From Cyanophora paradoxa CCMP329 (Eukaryota > Plantae > Glaucophyta): DNA of 64,000 bases. The notes beneath the pieces were generated by a model that saw only the letters and a program-made list of their open reading frames with translations, was not told the DNA's origin and did not search any database. The stretch lies in NCBI GenBank assembly GCA_004431415.1, contig QPMI01000017.1, forward strand, positions 124,001-188,000, in the 5' to 3' direction. Positions 37,848-51,058 of the stretch are shown piece by piece; within the stretch, counting starts at the first letter, position 1, and each line of letters starts with the position of its first letter. The position numbers and the translations under genes were made by a program.

Positions 37848-39508
37848 GCCGCCTCGCGCCAGCGGGCCGGGAAGACCTCGCGGCGGTCAACGCGGAGCTC
37901 GAGCGCGAGCTGGCGGCCGCGCAGGCGGCGGGGCGCGCGGCGGGCGCCGAGCGCTCGCACGCCGACGAGCTGCTGGAGCGTGCGGAGGAGGAGGCGCGGG
38001 CGCGCCGCGAGGCCGAGAATACGGCCCTCATGCAGGCCGAGCGCCTCTCCACCGCGCTCCGCGTCCGCCCGCCGCCCCGGCCCTCGTCGGGTAGGCAGAG
38101 TTCTGAGGGCCGTGCAGCGCGTGGAAGGGGAGCGGGAGGCGGCGGAGGAGGCGGCGCGGCGGGCGGCGGCGGAGCTCGAGGCGGTCTCGCGGCGGGCGGA
38201 GGCGGCGCGCGAGGAGGCGGCGCGGGCGCGCAGCCGCGCCGACGCGGCGGAGGCGGACCGCGAGCGGCTGCGGGCGGCCCTGCGGGACGCGGAGGAGGGC
38301 CGCGCCGGCGACGCCCTCGCGGCGCGGCGGCGCGACGAGGAGGCGGCGGCGGCGCGGGTGCGGCTGCGGGGCGCGGAGGCGGCGGCGGAGGAAACGGCGC
38401 AGGAACTCCGAGGGCGCCGCGCTAGCGGAGGTGGGCGCACGCGCACCTTGAGATGACCGCTGGCGAGAAGTCGGTGTGCCCCGCCGGGCCCGCCGGCGCC
38501 TCGTCTCCCCCCGGCGCCTCGAGGGCGTGGCGCTGGCGGGGCGCAGCGGGCGGCCGAGGAGGTCATGCGGCGCCAGGCGCTCGACCTCCAGGCCCACGAG
38601 CGCCAGGCCGAGCGTGCGCCCGCCCCTCCCACATTCCCCTCCTCTTCCTTCCTTCCTCAGCGCGCGCGCGCACAGCTCTCGCGGGCGCTGCAGCGGGCGC
38701 ACGCGCAGCTCGAGATGACCGCCGGCGAGAAGTCGGTGCGCCCCGGGCCCGCCGGCGCCGCCTCGCCTCCACCCCCGCGCCTCACACCCCACACAGGCGC
38801 TCTTCCAGGACGCGACGGCGGTGCAGGCGGCGATGCGGGGCGTGGAGGCGACGCGGGAGGGCGCCGTGCGGGAGCTCGCCGCCGCGCAGGCCGACCTCTC
38901 CTCCGCCCGCGCCGCCCTCGCCGAGCTCTCCGCGAGCGCGACGCCCTCGCCGCGGCGCTCGCCGCGGAGCGGGCGCGCCTCAACGAGCTCGAGCGGATGA
39001 TCGCCTCGCTGCGGACGGGCGAGGCGCGGGCGCAGTTCGCCCTGCAGCGCGCCGAGTCCATGGAGCGGGAGCTGGCGGCGCTGAAGGGCGGCAGGCCCGG
39101 CTCCTCCGCCTCGTCCCCCGGGACGCCGCCGGCCTCGGGCGGGGCCCGCACGGGCAGCGCCGCCGCCTCGCCGGCCTCGCGCCACAGCCCCGGCTCCGCC
39201 GCCTCGGCCTCGGCGGCGGGGGCGGCGGCGGCCGGGGACGCGGCGATGGAGCGCCGCGTGGCGAGCCTCCAGGCGACCGTCGAGCACCAGTTCAAGCGTG
39301 CGGCCGCGCGCCCCCGCCTAGCCCCGCCTCAAAGCTCAGGCTCGCGCCCGCCCCCGCAGTGATCTTGGAGCTGGACGAGGAGCGGCTGCGGCTGCAGTCG
39401 CGGCTGCGCTCCATGGGGCAGGACCCCTCGGGCCCCCCCGAGGGCACCCCCGAGGGGGCGCACCACTCCCCGCCCTCCGTCGAGTACACCTCATTAGGAC
39501 CCGCCTAG
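37848..39508 (+). pseudogene. Rearranged partial duplicate of the CEP135 3' half (introns retained)
   Basis: Highly similar to ~26650-27190 and ~27975-28970, with an internal deletion and a local back-jump at ~38400-38520. Confidence 0.9.
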
Positions 39509-40056
39509 GACTCCTCCGGATCCGTTCCTTCAGCCCGTACCGTAACCCCGCCCGAGGCTGCCCCCCGGACTTGATCATGAGAAGGGACCGCCTCTCGTTT
39601 TTGTTTTTTGGAAGGAGGGGGGGGGGGGGGGGTTCCGGTCGGGGGTTGGAGGGGGAGGTGGAGGTGGTGGGGAGGGGGGCGAGGTGGAGGTGGCGGTGAG
39701 GGGAAGGGGGGGGGGGGGGGTGCGGGGAGGGGGGGGGTGCGGGGAGGGGGGGGGATTTGAGTTTAATGATTTAATTCTTTATAATTAATTCTCTCTAGAT
39801 CTCGAGCTCATTTTCTCTTCAAGGCTCCAGAAAGTTCTCTCCATTTTCTCTTGCTTCAAGGCTCGAGCTTTATATACTTATAGATACGCTCCCCCCGTAG
39901 AGCTAGAGAGAAGAGCTAGAGATAGAGAGAAGGGAAATATAGGGGGTATATACTTTCTCCTCCGCAGCTCTTCTCTCTAGCTCTTCTCTCCGTAGTGCAG
40001 TCGGCGTAGTCTAGCTCGGCCACGTCACTGGCCCGGGCGCGCCGCGGCGCGATCTC

Positions 40057-41459
40057 ATGTCGACGTCGGAGCTCGACTCGGGCGATGGCAATTGCAAGGT
40101 GCTCTACTTCTGCCCATCTTGTCGGATCTACGCTACGCGCGATGGAGTTGCAAGTGCTTCGATCGCGCGGAACTTCTGCAAAAAATGCGCTGGATATGTC
40201 AGCGATCCCGTCGCGCTCTTCACTGCCCGGAAGGTCGCGCTCCTCGAGGTAAAGAACGCCGAAGCCGCGAAAGCGCTTTCGGCAGTCCAGAAGCCCCTCG
40301 ACGCCCTGAGGAGCGACATCGTCGCGGACTATCGCGACCTCTACGAGCGCTGCTGCCTTGGCGGCGAGGAGGAGGCGCGGGGCATCCGCGCGGACGTGCG
40401 CATCGTCCTTTCCTCGCGACAGGACGGTTCGAGATTTTCATGATCATTCGCGCGATACGGTTTGCTTTAATTTGCGTTTTCCCGCGTCATGATTAATCGA
40501 TATCCCTGTGTGCAGATGACATCGATCATGATCGCGAAGATGGCGGGGATGATCATGATCGACGGGGAAAGGCGAAGGTGCAGAAGGTGATGAAGAGCAT
40601 CCCAGCGCACTCTTTTATTCTGAAGGTGCAAGTGATCATGAATTCGAACATGGTCCGGGTCGCGATTTTTCGCGTTGACGATTGCGCATGCGCAGGCGCG
40701 CTGCGAAGTTTTTCGGGCGATGCTTTGCAGCAAGGTCCGCAGTGCGAATTCAATTTGTTGTCCGTTGATTTAGAGCCCTACGGCCGGCCCCAATTTAATT
40801 TTCTTCGAATTCGGAAAAGATGCGCGAGTCCGAGAGTGGAGAGATCGATGCGGCTAATTTCAAAAAGAGGACTATGTTCGAGCTCTTGCGCTTCGTCTAC
40901 ACGTCGGAGGTGCCAGTTCGAACCTCAAATTCAAATCAGTATTAATATTAATGTCGATCAATATCGGGTTTTATCGATTGCAGATCCAAGGCGGCTTGAC
41001 GGCGCTGGAGCTGGTCGACCTTATCCGGGCGGCCCACTTTTACCAGCTGCCGCGGCTCGCGAACGGCTGCATCGAGCGCCTGGCTCTGTGCGAGAACCTG
41101 TCTGCGGAGGAGGCCTTGAACATTTTCGTCGCTGCTCACGAACTCGGGTCACCCGTTACGAAGACGACGAAGTCAGCAAACACGCCTGCGCCCGCGAGCG
41201 CATCCGCAATCGACGTGGAAATCGATTTCAAAAAGGTTTGTATGCCTTTATACATATATATGTGGGCATGTGTCTAAATCAAATATGGGTCGTGATCCGA
41301 TCATGACCATCGACTTTAAATATGCAGATGTGGAAAGTCGCAATGAAAACCCTGCGGGCCAAGCGGCATGATGTGACGAAGAGCCCTGCATTCGGAGCTT
41401 TGATTGCTGCAGGCGCTGAGGACGTCGTCAAAATCTTGTTCGACTTGCTTCTCAAGTGA
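40057..41459 (+). pseudogene. Zn-ribbon + BTB/POZ(-BACK) domain gene, probably decayed (copy 1)
   Basis: CPSC...CKKC, then ADVRIV, IPAHSFILK, ARCEVF, DLIRAAHFYQLPRLANGCIERL and LSAEEALNIFVAAH. Frame disruptions and palindromic insertions present. Confidence 0.75.
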
Positions 41460-41724
41460 TAATCAATCGACATCGAATCAACCAATTATTGCAATTGCAC
41501 CTGTATTTTGTGCTTTAATATTGCAATTCAGAACCGCTGCTCAAAATGCATTATCATGATCATATCGAGCAGCGTGCACGTGCATAATTAATTTACCGAT
41601 CAGCTTATAATTAATTTACACGCAATCGAACAATCAAACTCGCGAGTCGGAAGTCAGTGGTCGGAGTCACAAGTCCAGATCTAGATCAGGCGGGGCGGGG
41701 GCCGGCTCGCCGAGTCGCCCGGTC

Positions 41725-42057
41725 CCGCCGCCTCGGCCTCGGCCTCGCGATCGGCGGCGGGGGCGGCGGCGGCCGGCGACGCCGCGATGGAGCGCCGCGT
41801 GGCGAGCCTCCAGGCGACCGTCGAGCACCAGTTCAAGCGTGCGCCCGCGTGCCCCGGCCTAGCCCCGCCTCAAAGCTCAGGCTCACGCCTGCTCCCGCAG
41901 TGATCTACGAGGCTCGGAGCTGGACGAGGAGCGGCTGCGGCTGCAGTCGCGGCTGCGCTCCATGGGGCAGGACCCCTCCGGCCCCCCCGAGGGGACCCCC
42001 GAGGGGGCGCACCACTCCCCGCCCTCCGTCGAGTACACTTCGCCGGGGCCCGCCTAG
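41725..42057 (+). pseudogene. Third copy of the CEP135 last exons; its 3' flank resumes after the LTR element at 55722
   Basis: Matches ~28655-28970. The downstream GAACTTGAG-AAGGG-ACCGCCTCTC is split by the LTR element. Confidence 0.9.
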
Positions 42058-42125
42058 GGTCCCCCTCCGTTCCCTCGACCTGTACCGTACCCCCGCCCGA
42101 GGCTGTCCCCCGAACTTGAGAAGGG

Positions 42126-42406
42126 TGTCGCCTGGCTCGATTCCCAGGCCTTGCGGTGACTTAGTGACTAGAGCTAGTTGGTGCCTGACGTAGTCTGAGA
42201 GCCCTGGCATAGTCTCTCTTCCCGTAGGCTTACCTCTCGGTAGCCTACGCTGGCCTGCCTCTACCTGTCTTAGGGGTACAGAGTCAGTAGTCTTCCGGGT
42301 ACACAGTGAATACACCAGCCTGCATCTACAGCTGCTCCAGTACAGGGAGCCGGCCCCGCGCAGTACTGCGCGGTGCCCAATCGGGTGGGAATCCTCTCAT
42401 CCGACA
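42126..42406 (+). repeat. 5' LTR
   Basis: No difference from 55441-55721 found by eye. Contains the perfect palindrome CCGCGCAGTACTGCGCGG (42356-42373). Confidence 0.95.
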
Positions 42407-42859
42407 GGCGCCACTGCTCACGGAACTGGGCCCGTGGGCAGCCTCCGACAGCATCAGCCCGCCATCTTCGGCGACCAGCAGCGATGCGCACGCATCACTA
42501 GTAGCTCTAGAAGATCTTCTCAGTGCCGATCGGCGACCCCCGCGCACCGGCGGGCCCGGATCGGCGTGCGATCGATACGCACACAGCGATCAGCCTCAGC
42601 GAGCCGCCAGGCTCTCCGTCAGCGCACCGAAAACGTAGAACTAGCTCTGGAGAACCGATAAATGCGGTCGGACGCGCCCTCCCGTCGCCCTCGCCGACGG
42701 ACGCCGCAGATCTTGTCCAGATCCCCGAGGGACAACCTCGACGCCCATGCCCGTACGCGCGCCCCGCCGCGCAGCGCCGCGCGTACGGCCTCGCGCAGAT
42801 GAAAGAAGACCTTTACGACGACCGGCGACTGGCGAGCCTCGCCCTGGACCGAGTCGTGC

Positions 42860-44280
42860 ATGAGCATGGCCGATCGGCTGTGCTGGCTCTCGCTAGCCTT
42901 GCACTCCGAGCCCAGCGCTTCGCGCCGGAGTTCTTCACGGCCTGTGCTGGCGCAGCGCACGCGCACGGCCCTCGGGGTGCGCGCCTGGCCCTCGCCCTTG
43001 GGATTTGATCTGCTGGGGTCGGCAGATTTGATCTTGGCACTGGACGCGTACGGGCTCGGACCTCGCCTGCGCCGCGCGCGCCCCACTAAGCGCGGGCGGT
43101 CGCTGGCCACCTATAGAGAGCCAGGCGAGCCGCTCGCCCGCAGATCCTTCAGCGGAGCCGGGAGAGCAACTGCTTCCGGGGTACGCACATGAAACTCGTG
43201 ATGGGTACGGTGGCGACGGCCCTCGTCCGCAAGCGAGACGCGCCCGAGCTCTACAGCGAAGTGAACCCGGCAGGACTCTGTGCGCTCTGCAGCACGCGGG
43301 AAATCGATGGCGAAGGCCGGCCCCGGCTTGTGACTGGGCCCGAGGAGACGCTGGAGCACGTCCTCACCTGCCCCAGCGCGGTGGCGACGGAGGCGCGCAC
43401 CGCTGCGGAAGCACGCATCGCAGCGACGGTCAGCGAGGCCCTCGAAGGCGCGCAGAAGCGATCAGTGCCACACGCGCTCTCCAGATCCCTGAAGGTCACG
43501 AGAGTCAACGACCCGACGCTCACGGCGGCTGAACGGCAGGCGCAGATGTGCGTGCTACGGGGGCTGCCCCCGGCGGGCCTCACCGACATGGTCCGCGAGA
43601 CCGTCCCGGACGCCAAGAAAGCTGCCCAGGTCGTGCGCAAGCTGGCGACGGCCATAGGCGAGCAGGCCCATAAAACGTGGGCCGCCAGATGCCAGGCGTA
43701 CGCGGAGTGGGAGAAGGCGTGCGGGATCACGAAGGTCATGAAAGAACGTCGCGCCAAGGCGAAGCGCACTGGGCGCGCGACCGCGAGGCCGACGCGCCGC
43801 CTGACGATACGGCTGGCAACGCTCGCAGGAAGCGCGCGGATCCGGAGCCCCGGCAGCGGGAACGCTGCAGGGAGTGCGGTGCCCTCGAGTCCCGCCACCA
43901 GGGCGGGGAAACCCTAGCCCTCTCACACCTGAGCTGCCCGCCAGACGACTACGGCTGGGTCCGGGCTTCGGCGGCCATGCAAGTGTACGACCATACGAAC
44001 AGGTATGCTTGGGGCGTGGGCACAAAAAGGGCGCGCCCGCGCTAGAGGGAGACACGGGGGATTGCGGTCTGGGGGCGGGCCGGAGGACGCAACACCAACA
44101 ACTGGAGGCGGCGGAGGCGACGGCAGGAGGCGGCCAGTAGCCCAATCTACTGGGGCTGGCGAGGAGCCTGGCACACGGCGCGGCGAGGCCCTTGGGCAGC
44201 GCTGGCGGCGGACGTACCATGATTGGGAGTCTTTTGTAGAGATAGGACCTCGTAGCCGGGAGTTTAGGTTAGTTTAGAAA
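42860..44280 (+). mobile_element. L1/Tx1-like LINE ORF2 C-terminal fragment nested in the LTR element (bounds approximate)
   Basis: MKLVMGTVATALVRKRDAPELY...CALC...EETLEHVLTCP...LRGL...TWAARCQAYAEWEKACGIT is the CCHC zinc-knuckle/WxxR region at the end of LINE ORF2. Frameshifted upstream. Confidence 0.75.
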
Positions 44281-47200
44281 TCGATACAGCTAGCTTCCAC
44301 ATCATTAGTATTAGGTAGAAACCTCCTTAGCTAGATATCTAGACACGAAACCTTCAAACCTTTCGTTCATTTTGTACTTTCTAAAGCACAGCATACGACG
44401 GTCCTCGATAGTATCTAGTCGGAGAGATTTATTGGGCGATGTGAAACTCATTGTAGTTGTGTTGTGTGCTAATGCAAGAGATCGGGCTGGAGGAGACGTG
44501 GGGGCAGCCGCGTGGCTTAGCCTGGCGCCCACGGCCGCGGGCTGAGGTTCTGGCTCAGCGCGGTTACGACGGCCAGAAGTTAGTCCCGCGGAACCAGGAA
44601 CGCGCGCGAATACCGAGGGATCCCCGTCCCGATCGGATCGTCGCCGTTTCCTGAGCGAGCTGCGTGCGAGCCCGTGGGTGCATTCCCGATCGGTCGCCAG
44701 TCACTCGCCGCGACGCCAGCCCTCTACGGCTGCTGCGATCGTGCTGGACAAGCTCGAGTGGACCGGATCGAGAACTGAGGCCGCGCGCCCGAGTTCCTTC
44801 CGGCGAGTGGACCGGATTGAGAACTGAGGCCGCGCGCCCGAGTTCCTTCCGGGTGCGAGGAAGAGCGATCGGATCGATGGCTGAGGCGTGCGCGCCCGAG
44901 CTGTCTCCAGAATCGCTGCAGCCGAGCTTGCTCGCCGCTGCTGTGGACCACGACGGCCTCGGATCTCGAGTGAGGCACATTCTCTCACGGACTAGCGCGG
45001 CTTTACGCCGACGCTTGACCTGAGAATGCCCTCAAGACCTGGAGCTCAAGTGGCCCGACTGCAGAGCGGACCCACCTGCTGCCTCGCAGGCAGGGCCCTC
45101 TTGCCCCGCCATGGACAAGATCTCGAGCTTGAGAGCATTAGCCTTCCCTCGGCTGATGCTTCTCTCGGCCTCAACTCTTGATCATGAGTGCCTGCCAGGC
45201 TGCGCGCTGGCTATGCATATGGCCTCGGATCCGACGCAACGCCGGCGCCGCAGTGACGGAGATGCACTCGGCGCTAGCGGCACAAACATCGATATCGAAT
45301 ATCTACGCAAGGCTCAAGCTTGATTCAATGATTAAGCTGCAGGCCTCGCCGCGAGACGTGGTCTCATGATCAGGCTCACTTCAAGAGCTTGCAAAATCGA
45401 GACGTGAAGCCCTAGCTATACGCTAGCCGTCTGCCTCGAGCCCGCCGAGTCGGAGCTTAAGCTTGAGCTCGCGGCACGTATACGTGCGCGCTACCGTACG
45501 TAGTACGTGTCCTGCAGCTCAGTTGGCCCTGCAGCTGCACTAGTACTGCGGCAGCTGCAGCTGGCCGGAACCTGGCACATGTACACCGTGACCGTCGGAC
45601 ACCTTCTCTCGTGAAGCACCGCGGACGGTGCTCGCAAGAAGGGGGAGTGACGCCATGATCATGATGGCAAGCCGCGGCAGTACCGTATGCGTATGCACAG
45701 TACGCAAGCTGCTGATCATGATCATGCATATGATCATGCATATGCATATGCAAGATCACGAGCTCGAGCTGCAAAATCGAGTTAAAACGCGCCCCGCAAC
45801 GCCTCCCCCGCGAGCCGCTGAGCTCGCCAAGCTCGCCGCGTCTGCTGGGTTCGCAAAGGTCATGATCAAGGCCCCCGCCATGTGCAAGCAGGCGCGGCCG
45901 CGGGCCGCCCTGCGGCCAGAACGCTTCGTGCCGACGGTGCCTGGGCCAGCCCCGCCGCCTCAAGCTCCGAAGCAACGAGAGCTGGGCCCGGCCCCCGCCG
46001 TTGAGGAGCGCGAAATTCCCTCTGAAGAGGGGATGCCCGACGACCCCGGCCCGGGACGCTCCGGGTGAGGCCGGCGACGAGTCGCCGCCTATTGGGCCCG
46101 CCCCGCCGGACGCCGGTGACACCAACGACTTTCCCCTCGCGCTTGCCGAGGAAGTCCCCAAGCGCTCAGAGACTGGACCTCGTCGGTGGGGCGCTCGAGG
46201 GTTCGCCGAGCCGCGGCCCCTAGGCCTAGGCCTGCACCTCGACGAGATCTTCCCCCGCGGCCCTGCCCTGAGGTGGCAGCCCCGGGACGAGTACAACGCG
46301 CGCCACTGGCGCTCGCCGGTCAATCCCGAGGACCGGCTGTCTCCCGATCCGCATTGGGTGGAAGCCGGAGTTCTGGGGTCGGGCCCGCGGCCTATATAGC
46401 TACACACAACCGGCGAACCCCCTCGCCGCGCGTGATTGCGACTGCCAGCCTCGGAGCTGCCAGGCTGCTCGACGGCAGTCGCGATCGAGAGCCAGGCTGG
46501 GCGTTTAGTTTTTGCAGCAGGCTCCTTCGCGATCGGGGCCTTGACTGCGAAATTGGGAAATTTACCCCGCACGAGCTTCAAGCTCGGATCAGGGCCGCCA
46601 GGCCTCGCAACCGGCCCCTAGGCCTGTCCGACGGTCTTCCCGCAGCACTGCGTGCTGCATTCGGGAGCGCCGGTCGGCATCCTGAGGCCTTGATGCTCGA
46701 ATTCGAGCCGCTACCCGACCAGGCCTGGAGCTAGAGGCCCGGCCTGCACTTCTGAGGCTCGTCGAGCCTCGGAGAGTGGCGCGTTTCGCGCACAGCCGGC
46801 CCATGCGGCCCCCGAGCTCGAGGTTCACCCGGCTACCTAGCCTGGGCCCCATGGTCCTCGAGCTCGAGCCCAGCGCTAGCGCTAGCGCCGACGGCGATAT
46901 CAACTGCGGATTCGAGCTCGAGAGGCGAGCTCCGGCCCGTGGCTCGAACCGTAATCACGCCGTGACGAGCCCCAGGCTCGATCGCGAGAGGGATCCAAGT
47001 TGCTGAGGCCCCTCTCCGCCTACAGCTGTCGCGAAAAGCGCAAGCTGCCCCGCAGCCGGGCCTGGCCCAAGATTGAGGGCGCTGCACGGCTCACCTCTCA
47101 CTGCGAGCCAGCATGCGCACCTGCATGCACAGCTGGCCTGGCCTGCTCAATGCAAGCTCTCAGCTCGTCAGATCCGGATCCGCCGGACCGGACCCTGAAG

Positions 47201-50200
47201 CTCACACTTGCTTTTCGAACGCGACGCTCTGGGCCCCTTTGACTGAGCCTCGGGGCGGGTCGACACTGGCCTGGGCCTGCGTGCCCCGCGCCCGCGAGCT
47301 CGAACGCCCGGCGGACCGCCGGCGCCTCGAGCTCGAGCTCGCTTCCGAGCCCCGGATCCGGTTATGGAAGAAGAAGAAGAGTATGTATAAGACACGCCCA
47401 AGCCAGCTGTACGGTTATGGGTCAATTTCGGCTCTCATGATCAGGACCTGCTGGCACTGCGAGTTCGGCCCCCGCCGTTAACGTATAACGTTGCCGCCGC
47501 GTGCACGTGCCAGCGGGTACAGCTTGAGCTCAGCCGCGAGCTGAGGGCCGGAAGTCACGTGCATGAGCACGTCCACCACGGCTCAGAGCTGCCCAGCCTC
47601 CAAGGCTCCGCGGCTGCTGAGCCCCAGGCCTGCGATCAGACCTGCGACTGGCATTGCCAAACCTCGCCAGGCACAAATTCGATGCCGTCACGGCGTTTCG
47701 GTCTCGGCCGCCGACACCCGCCGGTCCCGGTCTCGGCCGCCGGGCCCCATCGAATTACGATCAGCGACTCGCCCTTGCGGTTGCCCTCGCCTTCGCGGTC
47801 AGGGATCGCGACCGCCGAGCTGCCGTTCGCATCGCCGAGCTGCCGTTCGAGCCGGCCGGCCGCGGGCCCCGGCCCCGTGGTCAGAGGAGCGATTGCGAAG
47901 CTGCGCAGCACGCCCGGACCGAGGGCGCTTATCACAGCGCACGGATCGAGCCCGCGGCCCATGGCTGATCTCGCGACGTCGGGATCCGTCGAGTTCCCGC
48001 ATGCAAAATGCCGCGCCTCACGATCGGCCTGCGGTACCCGGTCCGACGGTCCCCAGACCTCGGCCCTGTATCTCGCGCCGCTACGAGCCCCCAGAGGCCT
48101 GAGAGCGGCGTCTCTCACGCCGCTGCGAGCAAGGAGCACTGCAAAGCCCGGTCACGACGATGCCCTACGCCGACCGATCGCGAAATCGCGGGCCTTGAAT
48201 TCGAACTTCGAATTCCGAAGTTCCAACCCGGCCTCGGCCCAGGCTCGGCCTCCGATCCGTGAACGTGGGATCGCCCTCGGCTCGAGATCGAACCTGGTCA
48301 CGGGTTACGACAGCGCCGTGCACGCGGCACGGCGCCGGCCCGCTGTCGACGTCGACGTCGCGACCGCCTGCCTCGTGACCGTCGGACCTCGAGCTCGAGC
48401 CCCGGAGCCGCTGAGCCCGTTGAGTCTCGCCCTCTCTCAGAGGCGGAGGCACCCGGCCCGGCCCCAGGCATCATGGCATATTGGCTCTGCCCCCCCCACC
48501 CGCACCGCGGCGGCTGGTGGGCGCAGATCGTGATCGCACGGCCATGCGAACGCCTGTGCATATTCAAGCCGATGCGTATACGGCCCTCGCCCCTCGGCCC
48601 GAGGCCCCGCAGTCCACGGCCAGCTTGCCGCTGAGCCCTGGAAGTCCTCCGCAGCTACCCACAGTAGTAGCTGCGGTCCCTGGCCTCGAATCCAGAGGAC
48701 GGGCTTAGCCCGCGATCGGTGCTTGCAATTGCCTGCGAACAGCTGGCGGCTGCGTCCCGGAGGCCCTGCCCTCAGCCTGGCAGGGCCCGAAGCTGACAGC
48801 GGCACCCGCGCCCCGCGCCGAAACGTCCAATGCGCCTGGCGCCCCGATGCGCGGGCGCCTCGCGATCGCCGACATCGTGCCACGGTGGTCTCGTTGCCTA
48901 CCGTTGAACGGTTCAATTAAGCCAATTCCGAGCCCGGCCAGTGAACGAGCCTCGGAGCTCGGGCACTGCGCTTCGAAGTCGTCTCGAGCCGCCTTTGGCC
49001 AAGGCGAGCTCGAGCTCACGATCAAAGTTACGCTAGCTCGCTCGGATTTAAACCCAGAGCCCGCTGCACGTGCTCCAGCCCGCCCGTGGCTGCCGTGCAC
49101 GTGCCTGGCCATGCATATGGGGTCCGATGACCCGCGAGAATCCGATAATCGAGATCCGTCAAGTTTTGCAATCGTTGCCCCGATTCAGGGTGCCGGCCTG
49201 CGAATTTGGATCGCAAGGAACGACTATCCGATGATCGCGAGCCTCGCGATCGGATTTGGAGCAGCTGCGATCGCAGGCGGCCCTCGGCCCTTTTGAGGTC
49301 TGAGGTTGCCCGGGCTCGCAGCTCAGGCTCCCTTCTGCCAGATCTAGACTGTCCCCACCGCCGGGCCGGCACTGCGGAAGCCGTGCCCGTCCGATATCGA
49401 TATCGCGAAAATCCGATAATCGGGACCGGACTCAAAGATTCGCCATCGAATATTCCGAGCCTCGGAGTGCACGTGCCCGGCCAGCCCGTATCTGACGGAC
49501 GGCCCGTCACATTCGAGCCCCGAGCTCGGAGCAGTCGCACTTTCAGGCGACCCTCGGCCCTAGGGCCTTGCCTGGCTCGTCCCCTCGCGAGCCCCTCGCC
49601 CAAGGGCCCTCTCGTAGGCGCCTACGGCGACCCGCATCGGGATTCCAGCCCCGGCCCACCGGGCCGCACCGGCCTGCCCTGCGAAAACCGGCACGGCCAC
49701 AGGCCCAGCGAAATTCGCGGCGAGCCTAGGCACCGCGAATATCCGCGTCGCGAATCCACGATCACGCTCGATCGCTGGACGTCGCAAAGCTGTGAATTAG
49801 GGCCTCGCCCCTACGTATAAGAGAACGCGAATTGGGGCCCCCGGTCCCAACGCGAATCGAAGCTCGCAACGGGCTCGACTCGTCCTCCCGAGTTCCGGTG
49901 AGGCCGAGGCTAATCGCGAGCGTCAAGCTCGCGACTGGAATCGAATGTCGGGCTCCCACGCGTGGGCCAGCGCTACAACGTACAGCGGGCCCCAGAGCCG
50001 CTTGTCGAGCCGCGCACGACGTCCTGGCTTCTCACGGCAGTATGCCCCGTGAAGCCTTTGCACGTGCAATCGCGTGGCCGCGGACACGGACACCGATCGC
50101 GAGCGCCACAAATATTCAAGCCGCAGCCACCATGGCCAGCGGGAATAAAGGCTGCAACCGTTAAACAAAACTAAACGGCTAGCCCTACCTTGCATAAACC

Positions 50201-51058
50201 GCGTGCACGTGCACGTGTGTGTTGCAGGCGCGGGTCTCAGCCCCGGCCAGGCCCACAGCATATGCATCGATATCGCGACCGGATATCGGATGCAGCCGCT
50301 GAGCAGCCGCGCTGAGCGCCGCGAAAAATTCGAAGCCTGAGCACTTATGCAGTAGCTTTCTCAAAGAGGCTGCGCACACGGCCCCGTGGCCCCGGACCGA
50401 CTCGCGAAACGACGTCGACTCGCGATCGCGAACGGACGATCGGCTGCGCTGAACAGCGCCCGGCTCTCTCTGCCAACGCCGGCACGCCGCTCGGCGAGCG
50501 CTGATGAGGCGCTGTAATGGAGCGCCGTGCTACAGAGCGCCGATCCAGCTATCGAATGTACGGTCGCGATTTGCAGCGGCATACATTCGCGCGAGCACTC
50601 CGAGAACGGCGCTGGCGATGCCAGCCCGCCAAGGGCAGCGCTAGCTCGAAAAGAGCATCGCCGCCGCCCTGAGCCGGAACCTGTGCACCACTTCGCCAAA
50701 CCCGGCGATGCTGCAGCTGGTGCTGGCTGCAGGCATTTTTCGCACCGTAGCGCAGCCTTCAGGGCTCGCAGCCTGGCCCGCGAAATTTACACGCGACCGC
50801 ACGGCGGCAGGCCCAGGCCTCGGCACGGCCGCTCACCGCCAAGCCTGCGCACGCGGCCTTCAGCCCCACCCGCCTTGCGGCACGTTCAGGCCTCGACCTC
50901 CCGCCAAAACGCGGTGGGAGGGAGGATGAGGCAGGGAAGACTGCATGAGCTGCAGAAATCGTAATTCGCTACCGAGCGAAGCGAACCTGTCGACCGCACT
51001 GCGGCACCCAAATTCGAAAGCATCGCAATTCGAATTCGGAATTCAATGATTCGGGACC

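Noticed and set aside
29090-39755. Long G-tracts (29090-29127, 32620-32725, 39615-39753) as functional G-quadruplexes
   Set aside because: Common low-complexity tracts whose lengths are unreliable in assemblies, with no specific evidence of function.
44756-44852. ~48-bp direct duplication, and a similar 28-bp duplication at ~23720-23816
   Set aside because: Simple two-copy local duplications with no further structure.
45760-46734. Possible gag remnant in the LTR interior
   Set aside because: Coding-like, but no zinc knuckle or other diagnostic motif was found.
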